Source: an uncultured Candidatus Micrarchaeota archaeon
GTDB taxonomy: Archaea; Micrarchaeota; Micrarchaeia; Anstonellales; Bilamarchaeaceae
DNA length: 64,000 bases
Direction of reading: 5' to 3'
Assembly: GCA_963714085.1 (NCBI GenBank)
Contig: OY970229.1
Coordinates: forward strand, 1,376,001-1,440,000
Shown here: one piece after another, positions 18,197 through 29,700 of the stretch
Numbering within the stretch: position 1 is the first letter of the stretch
How the letters are laid out: each line of letters begins with the position of its first letter
The notes under the pieces: generated by a model
What the model was told of the DNA's origin: nothing
The model's input: only the letters and a program-made list of their open reading frames with translations
Databases searched by the model: none
Made by a program: the position numbers and the translations under genes

Positions 18197-19318
18197 TTAC
18201 CTGCTTCTCTCCGCCGGCCTCTTCATGGCGACCATGACCACTGCGAAATCAGAGCCGGGTATGACCTTGCGCGGCAGTTTCTCGAGCTTGGTACCGGGGA
18301 ACGCGGCCCTTATCCTGTCCAGGTCCGTGGTGAAGCCGGCCTCGTCCAGTTTCATTCTCCTCGCCTTGGACGTGTCGTGCGCTTCGAGGAAGTGTATCCT
18401 CATCCTGCTCAGGACACTCGAGCGCCTCACCTTGTCAGCGACCCCCTCCCAGTAATCGAAGTGCTCCTCTATCGCCGCGCATTCATCCGGCCTCAGCTTG
18501 ACATTCCTGTCCGGTGCCATGAGTTCCGGCCCGAAGTGGGAATTCAGCTCATCCAGCTTCCGCTCGTTCGCGCCGATCCTCCTGAGCAGTCGCTTGGTAT
18601 TGTCAGGATGGTGAAATATGGCGGAGTGCCAGTCCCCGATTATCAGCACGCCGTCATCAGCGAGCATCCCGTGGAGCTTGCGCAGGTAGTCGGTCAGGAA
18701 CGACTTGTGGTGGAGATGGGAGAGCGAGACTATGATGTCGAATTTCGCGTTCTGCATTTCGTCGACGAAGCGGGCGTCGTCATTGCAATAGGTGTGGATG
18801 CGCTCTGCGGGCATGCGCAACTTCATACTCTCCTGCGCCACCGCGAGCTTCGGCGAAGCGCAGTCCACCAGGTGGAACTCGGTCCTGTCGAAGAAGCTCT
18901 CGGCTTTATACCTGATCTGGCTGGCTATGGCACAGGAGAGCTTCCCATCCCTTGCAGGAATGTCGCAGACGCTCAGCCTGTCCCGCCGCTCTCCGAGCGC
19001 GATGAGGAACGTTTTGGTCAGGGCCGCCATGAGCCTCGACATCCCCCTTTCGATATCCATCCTCCTTTCAGTCTTGAGGACTATGTCGATGTCAGGATGG
19101 TCCATCTGGTCCTTGACATCCGTGAGGTAAGAACACTCCGAAGCCCTCCACAGCGCTTCCCTGTTCTCCGGAGTGGTCCTGATGTCCCATTTATCGTATG
19201 CCTCTTCCGAGACCCTGAGCAGGCTTCCGGTCCGCACTGGCAGGCCCAATTCATTGCTTATCTTACAGAATGCCCTGTCGAATTCTGTTATCTCGTCGAT
19301 ATCCGATAAGAGTGTCAT
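18197..19318 (-). CDS. Class I methyltransferase-like paralog with a degenerate motif I
   Basis: VCDIPARDG, FDIIVSLSHLHH, GDW, RIHFLEA; colinear with 17014..18192; alternative start at 19351. Confidence 0.75.
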   Translation of the reverse strand: MTLLSDIDEITEFDRAFCKISNELGLPVRTGSLLRVSEEAYDKWDIRTTPENREALWRASECSYLTDVKDQMDHPDIDIVLKTERRMDIERGMSRLMAALTKTFLIALGERRDRLSVCDIPARDGKLSCAIASQIRYKAESFFDRTEFHLVDCASPKLAVAQESMKLRMPAERIHTYCNDDARFVDEMQNAKFDIIVSLSHLHHKSFLTDYLRKLHGMLADDGVLIIGDWHSAIFHHPDNTKRLLRRIGANERKLDELNSHFGPELMAPDRNVKLRPDECAAIEEHFDYWEGVADKVRRSSVLSRMRIHFLEAHDTSKARRMKLDEAGFTTDLDRIRAAFPGTKLEKLPRKVIPGSDFAVVMVAMKRPAERSR

Positions 19319-19414
19319 ATGTGTATCACGGTATATGGGTATTGTTCCCATTTATTTATAAAATTAGCCATTCAAACGCCTGATCTGCGATTCTTGAGAA
19401 AACGACGGAAATAG

Positions 19415-19445
19415 AGGAAAAACAACGAAAAGAGAAAAAAAGAAA
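19415..19445 (-). terminator. Oligo-T tract terminator downstream of EF-2
   Basis: A-rich run on + (T-rich on -) immediately after the fusA stop codon. Confidence 0.55.
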
Positions 19446-21638
19446 TCATTCCATGAAGAACGCGGCCGTCGGCGGGTCGGGCTTCTCGCCCTTGCGCTCC
19501 CTTATCTGGCGCACGACCTTGGCGACGAGCTCCTTGGGCATCGGGTGGTATCCGGCGTATTCCTGGTACCAGATCGCCCTGCCCTGCGTCACTCCCCTCA
19601 GGTCGTTGGAGAATCCGAACATCTCGGCCACAGGCAGCAGCGTGCTGATGGCTGTGTTCTCGCCCTCCTGCTCCATGCCCACCAGCTGGCCCCTGCGCCC
19701 GTTGGTCATGTTTATGATATTGCCGGAGTACTCCTGGAGGGTGTTTATGAGCACCTTCTGCTTCGGCTCGAGCAAGGACACGCCTGCTATGAGCATCGCG
19801 GCGTATATCGGCCTCTTTATGGCGGGCAGCATCTGCGCCGGCCCCCTGTGCACGTTGTCCTCGTGGAGCGTCGCGTCGTAGAGCGTCACCTTCACTCCGG
19901 ACATCTTCTCCTTGGCGAGCGGGCCCTGGTCGAGCGCCTCCTCGAATCCCTGCACGAGCAGCTCCTCGACCTCGTTGAGGTTCTGGATGCCCTTGGTGCC
20001 GTTTATGAACACGCTCTCGTTGTGGATGTCGTAGATGTTCCTCGCCTCGTCGCGGTCCATTCCGATCTCGACGAGCTTCTCCCAGACCTCCCTTCCCTTG
20101 GGCCTGCCCTCGGAGACAGTGCCGTCCTGGATGGCCTTTATCACGGCCGGCTCCAGCGGCTCCACGACGACCTTTATCTTGTTGTGCTTGTTGGGCGACT
20201 TCCCCTCCACAGGCCCGGCCTTGCCGAGCAGCGCCTCGCGGTAGACCACGATGGGCGGGGACGTGATTATCGGCACCTTCTTCTCGTTCCTTATCTTGTA
20301 CTCGATTATCTCCAGGTGCAGCTCGCCGTTGCCGGATATCAGGTGCTCGCCGGTGTCCTGGTTGAGCTGTATCTTGATGGTCGGGTCCTCCTTGGATATG
20401 GACCTGAGCGCCTCTATCAGCTTCGGCAGGTCCTTCTGCTCCTTGGCCTCGATCGACTTCGTTATGACAGGCTCGGAGTAGTGCTTTATCTGCTCAAAGG
20501 GCTCCATGGGCTCGGCTGACACGGTCTCCCCGACGTATATGTCCTTGAGGCCGACCAGCGCGCCGATGTTCCCTGCGATCACGCGCTCTGCTGCCACGCG
20601 GTCCTGGCCCATGTAGATGCCCACCTGCTGGACCTTGGCGTACGTCTTCTTGGATGCTATGTAAAGCATGGTCCCCTTCTCCGCCTTCCCTGAGAAGAGC
20701 CGTACGACTCCGACCTCGCCGGCGTGCTCGTCGTATACTATGCCGAAGCACACGCCTATGGGCTTGCCCTGGATGTCGCACGCGGTCATGCTCTTGCCGT
20801 ATTCGCTGTTCATGTCCCCGCGCTTCCACAGCACCGGGATCCTGTAGGGCTGCGCGACCTTCGGGCTCGGAAGGTGCAGTATTATCATCTCGAGCAGGAC
20901 CTCGTCCAGCGGGCTCTTCTCCACGAGCCAGGCGTGCTCGCCCGCGCTGCACTTGTCGTAGATGTCCTTGAACCCGATGTTGGACCTCTTCATTGAGTTG
21001 AAGGATACGGCCCACTTGTTGAACGCTGTGCCGAATGAGACGTTGCCCTTGTCCACCCTCACCTGCCATTCCAGCTCCTTGCCTGCGGGAGCGTTCGCCT
21101 CTATTATCTTGTTGACTTGGGTCATGATCTTGACGAACCTGGCCTGCATGGCGTTGGAGTCCAGCTTCAGCTCGTTGATGAGCCTGTCTATCTTGTTGAT
21201 GAAGAGGACCGGCTTCGCGCGCTCCTTGAGCGCCTGCCTCAGATTCGTTTCGGTCTGGGGCATGACACCTTCGACCGCGTCCACGACCAGGCAGATGCCG
21301 TCCACCGCGCGCATCGCCCTCACGACGTGGAAGCCGAAGTCCACGTGCCCCGGCGTGTCGATCAGGTTGATGAGGTAGTCCTTGCCCTGGAACTCGAAAC
21401 CCAGCGAGATGTTGGCGGACTTGATGGTGATCCCCCTCGCCTGCTCCTGCTCGTCGAAGTCCATCACCCTCTGCTCGCCTGCGAGCTCCTTGGATATGAG
21501 GCCTGCGCGGGCCACTAATGAGTCAGTCATCGTCGTCTTGCCATGGTCCACATGGGCGACGATGGCGACGTTGCGGATGTTGTCCTGGTTGTCCATCAGC
21601 CTCTGCACTTCTTCCACTACGAATTCCTTCTTAGCCAT
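19446..21638 (-). CDS. fusA: Translation elongation factor EF-2
   Basis: AHVDHGKTT, RGITI, DTPGHVDF, NKID, KSPNKHN, diphthamide loop HEDNVHRGPAQ. Confidence 0.99.
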   Translation of the reverse strand: MAKKEFVVEEVQRLMDNQDNIRNVAIVAHVDHGKTTMTDSLVARAGLISKELAGEQRVMDFDEQEQARGITIKSANISLGFEFQGKDYLINLIDTPGHVDFGFHVVRAMRAVDGICLVVDAVEGVMPQTETNLRQALKERAKPVLFINKIDRLINELKLDSNAMQARFVKIMTQVNKIIEANAPAGKELEWQVRVDKGNVSFGTAFNKWAVSFNSMKRSNIGFKDIYDKCSAGEHAWLVEKSPLDEVLLEMIILHLPSPKVAQPYRIPVLWKRGDMNSEYGKSMTACDIQGKPIGVCFGIVYDEHAGEVGVVRLFSGKAEKGTMLYIASKKTYAKVQQVGIYMGQDRVAAERVIAGNIGALVGLKDIYVGETVSAEPMEPFEQIKHYSEPVITKSIEAKEQKDLPKLIEALRSISKEDPTIKIQLNQDTGEHLISGNGELHLEIIEYKIRNEKKVPIITSPPIVVYREALLGKAGPVEGKSPNKHNKIKVVVEPLEPAVIKAIQDGTVSEGRPKGREVWEKLVEIGMDRDEARNIYDIHNESVFINGTKGIQNLNEVEELLVQGFEEALDQGPLAKEKMSGVKVTLYDATLHEDNVHRGPAQMLPAIKRPIYAAMLIAGVSLLEPKQKVLINTLQEYSGNIINMTNGRRGQLVGMEQEGENTAISTLLPVAEMFGFSNDLRGVTQGRAIWYQEYAGYHPMPKELVAKVVRQIRERKGEKPDPPTAAFFME

Positions 21639-21741
21639 GTAGTTTCACCTGATATTTGGAGCATTCTAACGGTAAAATTCGTCAGAACTCAATGATTGGG
21701 ATTTGGAGAGAAAGGAATAAAAACGGTGCGACGGGCGCGGC

Positions 21742-22455
21742 TCATGACTTATGTATGTAGTCGAGCAGCCTGATTTTGTCACCGTGGGCCCGCTCCAGCG
21801 ATGCGACGAGGTCGGAATACAGCATGTGCACGGAGAGCCGCAGCGCGAGCTCGTCCGTGCCCCCGAAGGTCACATCCACGAAATTCCTCCCTATCGGGCC
21901 CAGGACGGTCTCCCCGTAGCTCCTCGGCACGAAGTCGGGGTCCTCCACGCCTATGATGGATATCAACCTGGCGACGCTTTGCGGCATGAACGGGCTGCAT
22001 GTGCCGTACTGCATGCCCGGCGGAGGTTCAGGGGCGAAGTCCAGCTCCAATCCGGACTCGGACCTCGCGAACAGCCTCTTGAGCCTTATCTGGTCAGCTC
22101 CGGTGCACACCACCATATAGTGGTCCGTTCCGCCTATCCTCTTCGCGTAGATTGTTTTCACGATATCATTCGAGTAGCAGTCCAGGATCATCGCCTTGTC
22201 CCTGGACGTGCGGGCCGCCCTATCGCATAGGACCAGCAGCGCCTTGTCTTCCTTGAGCAGCGCCTCGAGATGCGGCAATCCCTCCAGCCTCGACTTCATC
22301 CTGCAGCGATCCCACTCGCGCGAGCCTGGCTTTATGACCCCCACTCCCTCCGGAAGCTCGGACTCGGGCATCTGGCCGTTGAATGGGCGCACTCTTTGAG
22401 GATGACGGAAAACGGCTGCATCGTCCGCCCTGGGCATGAGTGACTTTCTCGCCAT
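21742..22455 (-). CDS. YbaK/ProX (aminoacyl-tRNA editing)-like domain protein, divergent
   Basis: RTSRDKA..IVKTIY..GM.YGTCSPF resemble YbaK TA.EAA / VKT / GG.SPF motifs. Confidence 0.55.
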   Translation of the reverse strand: MARKSLMPRADDAAVFRHPQRVRPFNGQMPESELPEGVGVIKPGSREWDRCRMKSRLEGLPHLEALLKEDKALLVLCDRAARTSRDKAMILDCYSNDIVKTIYAKRIGGTDHYMVVCTGADQIRLKRLFARSESGLELDFAPEPPPGMQYGTCSPFMPQSVARLISIIGVEDPDFVPRSYGETVLGPIGRNFVDVTFGGTDELALRLSVHMLYSDLVASLERAHGDKIRLLDYIHKS

Positions 22456-22557
22456 GTTTGCGTATGTGTGCCGTTATATTATAAAGCGTTGCTGTTGGGA
22501 GCCCGGAGCGCATCCCGCAGCCGAAAGCAATTTAACCCCAGTCTCCGATTCAATCCC

Positions 22558-23394
22558 ATGGCCAAGGACGAGACTTCGATTCTGGTCCGCAAGGAATCCG
22601 GGAATAGCGAGCCCTACGACGAGAAGAAGGTCGGGGGCGCGCTCAGGCGCGCGGGGCTCTCCGAGAAATCCATCCGCGACGCGCTGGACGGCCTGCGCCC
22701 GAAGCTCCACGACGGCATAACCACGCGCGAGATATACGGCATACTCTTCAGGATAATAGACAAGGAGCGCCCTGATTCCCTCCACAAGTTCAACCTCAAG
22801 CGCGCGCTCACGGATTTGGGGCCAGCGGGCTACGAGTTCGAGGACTTCATCGCGAAGCTGCTTTCGCTCGAGGGCTACAAGACCGAGGTCAGGCAGATAC
22901 TCGAGGGCAAGTGCGTGTCCCACGAGATAGACGTTATAGCCGAGGGCCACGACCAGGCCTACATGTGCGAGTGCAAGTTCCACAACTCCGGGGGCATAAA
23001 GTGCCGCATACAGACCGCGCTATACACCTACGCCAGGTTCCTCGACCTCGTGGAAGGGGCCAAGCTCGGCAGGTGCAGGAAGTTCAGCAAACCATGGCTG
23101 GTGTGCAACACCAAGTTCTCCAGCGACGTGGAGGACTACGCGGCGTGCATGGGCTTCCCGCTCCTCGGCTGGCACCACCCGTACGACCGCGGGCTCGAGC
23201 GCATGGTGGAGGAGCGCGAGTGCTGGCCCGTGAGCGTGATACCGATGCACAGGACCGTGCTGGAGAAGCTGCTCGCGAGGAAATTGGTCACAGTCCTTGA
23301 CATCCCAGAGAGGCCAGAGAAGCTCGCGGAGATCACCGGCATATCGCTGCCGATTGCAAAGCAGATAACGGAAAGGGCGGAATACGCGAGATGA
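22558..23394 (+). CDS. ATP-cone plus Mrr-like PD-(D/E)XK endonuclease domain protein
   Basis: VRKESG..EPYDEKKV..ALRRAG (ATP cone); GYEFEDFIAKLL..EGY, EIDVIA, CECKFH. Confidence 0.88.
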   Translation: MAKDETSILVRKESGNSEPYDEKKVGGALRRAGLSEKSIRDALDGLRPKLHDGITTREIYGILFRIIDKERPDSLHKFNLKRALTDLGPAGYEFEDFIAKLLSLEGYKTEVRQILEGKCVSHEIDVIAEGHDQAYMCECKFHNSGGIKCRIQTALYTYARFLDLVEGAKLGRCRKFSKPWLVCNTKFSSDVEDYAACMGFPLLGWHHPYDRGLERMVEERECWPVSVIPMHRTVLEKLLARKLVTVLDIPERPEKLAEITGISLPIAKQITERAEYAR

Positions 23395-23435
23395 CCGCGT
23401 TTTGCTCGCTGAGCGCAAACAGAGCTAGAAACATG

Positions 23436-23615
23436 TCAGAGGGCCGAGCAGCACTTGCGCGCCTCGTCCCTGGTCTCGTAGACCGTGCCGCACCTGCCGC
23501 ACGCCCACGCGCTTATCGGTTCGGCGTTGCCGTGGCAGCCGGTCCCCTCTTCCTCGTCGGAATAAAGCGCGCCGCATATGCCGCATTTGTAGGCGGTAAC
23601 TTCGTCTTCGTCCAT
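23436..23615 (-). CDS. 59-aa tandem zinc-finger microprotein; not in the ORF track
   Basis: Manual translation: MDEDEVTAYKCGICGALYSDEEEGTGCHGNAEPISAWACGRCGTVYETRDEARKCCSAL*. Confidence 0.8.
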   Translation of the reverse strand: MDEDEVTAYKCGICGALYSDEEEGTGCHGNAEPISAWACGRCGTVYETRDEARKCCSAL

Positions 23616-23697
23616 GGAACCACTCCAAACGGGATTCTACATGCATATTAAATAACATGCGCATGGGCGATGGACTATTTGCTCGCTGAGCATAATC

Positions 23698-23705
23698 TTT
23701 ATAAA
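23698..23705 (+). promoter_or_regulatory. TATA box of the giant gene (probably leaderless transcript)
   Basis: TTTATAAA 22 nt upstream of the ATG at 23728; no SD. Confidence 0.6.
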
Positions 23706-23727
23706 TATCCGCGACTCAGCTGGACTA

Positions 23728-26700
23728 ATGCGAGTCTACGCTTTTCTAGGGGTTTTGCTGATTTTGGCAGGCCTGTGCCTCTCTCTCGACGGGTGGGGCA
23801 TATTCAATCAATACCAGGGCCACACGGCATTGGGCAGCACCGGTTTCCCCCTGAGCGTCAGGCTCGACGCGGCGGATTCCAATAGCGGAAGCCATCTCTC
23901 GCTCTCGCCCGTATCTTCGGGCGCCTCCATGGACAGCTTCTACCCTACGATCTTCCAGCTCAGCGGCTTCGGCGCCAGATACGCGAGCCTCGAGGGCGAT
24001 TCCAGCGATAATGGATCCGCCTGCAGCAGCCCCGCCGACTGCAATTACGACGGCGACTGCGTGGGCGGCGTATGCTCGTGCTATTCCGGTTGGACAGGCA
24101 GCACGTGCGCCGTTCCATCCTGCGATGGCGGCCCGTGCAACTCGGTGATGGGCAACTCCCTGATGAGCATAGGGTGCGTGAACCTCTCAAGCACCTCGAC
24201 ATACCAGGGCAAGGTTTCAGGGACCATCGCCCATGGGCTCAGGGTCAACGGCTCGATCACGCTGTGCCAAGGGACGTACTCGTTCCCTTCAGGCGTAACC
24301 GCGCTGACCATCAAGGCTGATAACGTCGTGATAAACTGCAACGGCTCCTCGATAATCGGAAGCAATTCCTCTAACGTGTATGCCTTCTACTCCACCCATG
24401 ACTATACCGTTATCCAGAACTGCAACATCAGCGATTTCTCTACGGGCATATACTTCGACGGCACTTCCAACGGGTGGATAGACAACACGACCGTGAGCAC
24501 CACGTACGACTACTCTTTCCCGAACGGGATAGGCATCCTCCTCGATGGCGCGGCCACGAATACGATCTCCAACAGCAGCCTGTACGCGCCGAATGGCTAC
24601 GGGGCCTATCTCGAATCCTCAGATGACAACGTGCTTGCGAGCAACAGTTTCCTCTCGGGCAGCGGCGCCCTCCTCTATATAGACAGCTCCGCTTCGAACA
24701 CTCTGTACTGGAACAATTTCACCGACACTTCCGGCTATTACGTGGATGACGAGGCCGGCGGCAACTTCTATAACGCGACGATAGGCGCTCAGAACGAAGG
24801 CAACATCTGGTACGATGTCATGGCCGGCAGCGTAAATGTCACCGGCCCGACGAGCTCGTCCGGTTTCCCATCGCTCTACATAGGCGACCGCGGCCCTGGT
24901 TACCCGTATGACAGCAACGTAACCGGCAAAGTGACCTCCAATGTGGCCGACTACGCGCCGCTCACGCCATACCAGACAATAGATTGCAGCGGCCTGAGCA
25001 ACTGCAGCGGGAACGGCGAATGCACGGGCTATAACGTGTGCTCGTGCAATGGCGGCTGGAGCGGAGATTCTTGCGACACACCGCCTTACAGCGGCTGCGT
25101 CGACCTCACCAACAGCTCGACGTTCAACGACAGCATCTCCGGTTCGATCGGCTCCGGCTTCACGGTCATTGGTCCCATCACGCTGTGCCAGGACAACTAC
25201 TCGATTCCGGGAGTAACCGCGCTCACAGTAACCGAACCGGACGTCGCCATCGATTGCGCGGGCAGCAGCATCACCGGCAACCAGGTCGGCAACGGCATCG
25301 AAGTCGACAGCTCGGACAACGTGACGGTCGAGAACTGCATCATATCCGACTATAACAACGGAGTGGAATACTCATCTTCTAACAACGGCACGGTCCTGAA
25401 CGATGCCGCATACAACAACCTGCAGTACGGCTTCTCGCTCTCTTCGAGCTCCGGTGACCTATTCTCCAACAACACCGCCAGCTCGAACGACGTCTCAGGC
25501 ATCTACCTTTCCTCAAGCTCCAACGACACGATCGTAGACAACAACGCCAGCGCGAACGGCGGCGCCCCCACCAGCTACGGCATCTACCTGGATACCAGCT
25601 CCAACGACACCCTGGCCAACAACGAAGCGGACTCGAATGGCGCTGCGGGTACGACCTATGGCTATGGCATCTACCTCTCCTCCAGCTCCAACGACACTCT
25701 CATCAACAACGACGTGAGCTCGAACAGCGTCACCAGCACCGGCAGCATCGGCGGCGGCGGCCTGTCCGAAGGCTACGGCATTTATTTAACTTCCAGCTCC
25801 GATAACACTATCGCCAACAACAACGTGAGCTCGAATGACGGCAACATCGTCGTGTGCGGTTCGGCTTACGGCTTCGGCATCTACCTCGACTCCGGATCCA
25901 GCTACAACATCCTGTCCAACAACACCGCCGACTCGAATAGCGGCAACAACGGCGGCGGTTCGGGGGTCGGCATCGGCCTCGTCCTCAACACCGGCTCCGA
26001 CTACAACACCTTATCCAACAACACCGTCAGTTCGACCAGCGCCAGCAGCAACGGCTTGTATCCCTGCGCCACGCCCGTGGTAGCCGCCTACGGCCTCGTC
26101 GTCGGCGCGAGCTCCAACAACGTCCTGTCCAACAACACCATCACCAACACCACCGCCACCAATGGTAACGACGAAGCCGTTTATTTCCAGAGTTCGGACT
26201 ACAACACTTTCCTCGGCAACACCCTCCAGGGCGCCCACTGGGTATACGACGACACAGATACCAACGCCTTCAACGATTCGACGTCAGGAAACATATACTA
26301 TCTCGCCAACGGCACCGGGGCCTGGGGCGTTTACAGCATATTCGACACGAATGGCGACGGCTGGGCGGATATCGGAAGCGCCCTGCCGTTCAGCTCTTCG
26401 CTCTCCGGCGGGCAATGGAGCGGCGACGGGCAGGACTGGCATCCCGCCACGGCAAATGATTGCGTCAACCTCTCGGATCCGTCCACGTACCAGGGCAATG
26501 TCACTGGCGTTATGGCATCCGGCCTAACGGTCACGGGCTCGATAACACTGTGCGAAGACAACTACTCGTTCAGCGGCGTCACCGCGCTCACAGTCACCGA
26601 ACCTAACGTGACGATAGACTGCGCGGGCAGCTTGATAAGCGGAGACAACACGACCGGGACATACGGCGTCTACTCCGATCAGTTCAATACGAGCGTAGAA

Positions 26701-29700
26701 AACTGCGGTATCAGCAGCTTTGACACCGCGATCGCCTACTCCGGAGATAACGGGACCATAGAAAACACGAACATACTCTCCTCGGCCTCATACGGGATTT
26801 CGCTTTCCTCGAGCAGCTACGACGACATCTCCGACTCGACCGTAACCGCACCCGATTATGCGATTTCCCTGGCCTCCAGCTCCGACAACGTGATTGAAAA
26901 CACGACGCTTGAATCATCAGGAGGAACGGGGACCCTGCTCACTGCCGATATCAGCTCCGGAGGCAACACTTTCTACTGGGACAACTTCAGTAATCCGGCG
27001 TCCCAATACGTGAATGACGCTAACGGCGGCAACTTCTACAATGCGACGGAAGGCAACCTCTGGGGCAACGTGCTCAACGGCAGCGTTAACATCACGGGCA
27101 CGGAATCATCAACCGGCTTCCCCTCGCTTTACGTGGGGAACGGCGGCAGCGGCTATCCGTACGACGACGCCAATTCCATGGGCATGGTCACGGGTGTGAC
27201 CGACCACGCCCCACTCACCTCATCCCCCTATTCCGGATGCGTCAACCTCTCGGACCCGTCCACTTATGACGGCGACATCTCAGGCTCGATCGGCTCCGGC
27301 TTCAGCGTCAACGGCTCGATAACGCTGTGCGAAGACAACTACTCGTTCAGCGGCGTCACCGCGCTCACGGTCACAGAGCCGGACGTCACGGTAGACTGCG
27401 CGGGCAACTACATAAGCTCGGATAGCGGTTCCTACGATGGCATCTATTCGATCTACAACAGCACGGTCGTCCAGAACTGCAACATCAACGGTTTCCAATA
27501 CGGGATAGATTTTGAGGGAGTCAATTACGGCATAATAAACGACACATACTCGAACGGGAGTACGCGCGGCATCAGTCTGAGCGATTCCAATTACGACAAT
27601 ATCATCAATTCCACGGGCGGCGACGAGGGGATCGCGGGCATCGAGATCTACCAGAGCTCCTACAACAACATAACCGATTCAGAAGGCATCGGGACCGGTT
27701 ACGGGAACGGAATCTCGTTCGAGTCGAGCTCAGATAACATACTGACCAACGTTACTGCCAGTTCTGAATCGGAATACGGTATATATTGCTACGGAGCCAC
27801 CGACAATACGATAAGCGGCAGCATGCTCAGCGGCGGCTCAGGAGCGCTTGATATGGAAGGCAGCTCCAATGATAACGTCGTGGCGAACAGCACGATGGAC
27901 GGCATGGCCACCATGGCGCTATCTGTCGACAGCACCAGCAACGGCAATGCGTTCGTCAACAACACCCTGCAGGATGCCGCGCCCCTGGTCGAAGTCGCCG
28001 GCTCTGGCAACACCTTCTGCTGGGACAACTTCACGGACACGAGCGGCTATTACGTCACGGACACCAGCAGCGGGGCCAACTACTACGACTCCGCGCTCTG
28101 CAATGGGGAGGGCAACATCTGGGCCAACGTCATGGACGGCGAGGCCGGGATAAACGGCACCACCCCCTCAACCGGATTCCCGAGCCTGTTCATAGGGAAC
28201 GCTACGTACAACGACAGCGATTCGCTCGGTAAGGTCTCGGGCGTGGCCGACGATGAGCCGCTCACAGCGAATGCGGCAGGTCCGGTCTCACCGGTATTCT
28301 TCGTTCCCCAAACCCCGGACAATGGATCGAACACGACGAATCCCTTCGTAGGAATCAACGTCTCCATAGCAGCGCAGAACCCGAATTCGGTGGTCTATAA
28401 TTGGAACGGAACCAACTTCACCATGTACGACAGCTCGCTCGTGCTCATGCTGAACCTGGACAACAATTCCGCGCTGGGGGAGGACGCGACCCATTTCACG
28501 GACGAGAGCTCCTCATCCACAAACCTGACATGTACCGATCCGGCCTGTCCGACTCTCGTCCCGGGTAGATACGGAAACGCATACTCATTCGACGGGGTGG
28601 ACGATTTCATCGGCACGGGCAGCGCGAACCTCAATTTCGGCGCAGGCCAGCCGTATACCTTAGCCCTGTGGATATACCCGTTGTCCACCGGGCCGACCTT
28701 CATGTCCCTGGGCGGGGATGAAGGTACGCCGGGCTATTATTCCGAATACCTGTCGCTTAACGGCGACCAGACCGTGCGCCTCGGACTGAGGCAGGCCTGG
28801 ATGGGCGACTGGGTAGCCGTCAATTCCAACGCACCGGTCTCCCTTGATGCCTGGAATTACGTGGTGGCCGTCAACGACGGCTCTAACCTCATGCTCTACG
28901 TGAACGGGGTCCCGAGCGGCACCGTGCCCCTCGGATCCTTCGGTTCATATCCGCTGGCCAGCAACGACCTCTACATCGGCGAGCAGACATCCATCGGGAG
29001 CAACTACTTCAACGGCTCCATAGACGAGGTGCGGATCTGGAAGACGGCATTGTCCCAGCAACAGGTCTATGAGCAATACGCCTCGAATCTCCAGGAGTAC
29101 AACGGGACGCAATGGTACCTCTACGTGGACCAGGCCCGGAATGCGACCGCTGGATTGGCCCCCGGAGCCTATACCTTCCAGGTATACGCCGCGAACGGCA
29201 CAGGGATGTTCTCGACCGAAGAGAGGACGGTCAATGCCCTATACTCCGGATGCGTCAACCTCACGGACCCGTCCACCTACCAGGACGAAGTCTCTGGTGA
29301 TAACGATACGACCGGCTTCACCGTAAACAGCTCGATAACGCTGTGCCCGGACAGCTATTCGTTCGGCGACGTCAACGCGCTCACGGTCACGGAACCCAAC
29401 GTCACGATAGACTGCGCGGGCAGCTCGTTGACCGGAGACAACACGACCGGGACGTTCGGCATCTCCTCTAGCCAGTTCAACACGACGATTGAGAACTGCA
29501 ACGTGGGCGACTTCTCAACCGGCATATTGTTCAACGGCGCATCCAACGGAACCATCGACAACACGAACGCAAGCACAACCCACGGCTCAAGCTACCCCTA
29601 CGATGGAATAGGGATTGTACTTGGCAACGGCGCGCAATACGACACGATAATCGACTCCAACGGGACCGCCATCTCCAGCGTCGGCATCTACCTGGACTCG

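Noticed and set aside
22490..22522. tRNA-like hairpin between divergent genes
   Set aside because: A single weak stem with no T-loop or cloverleaf
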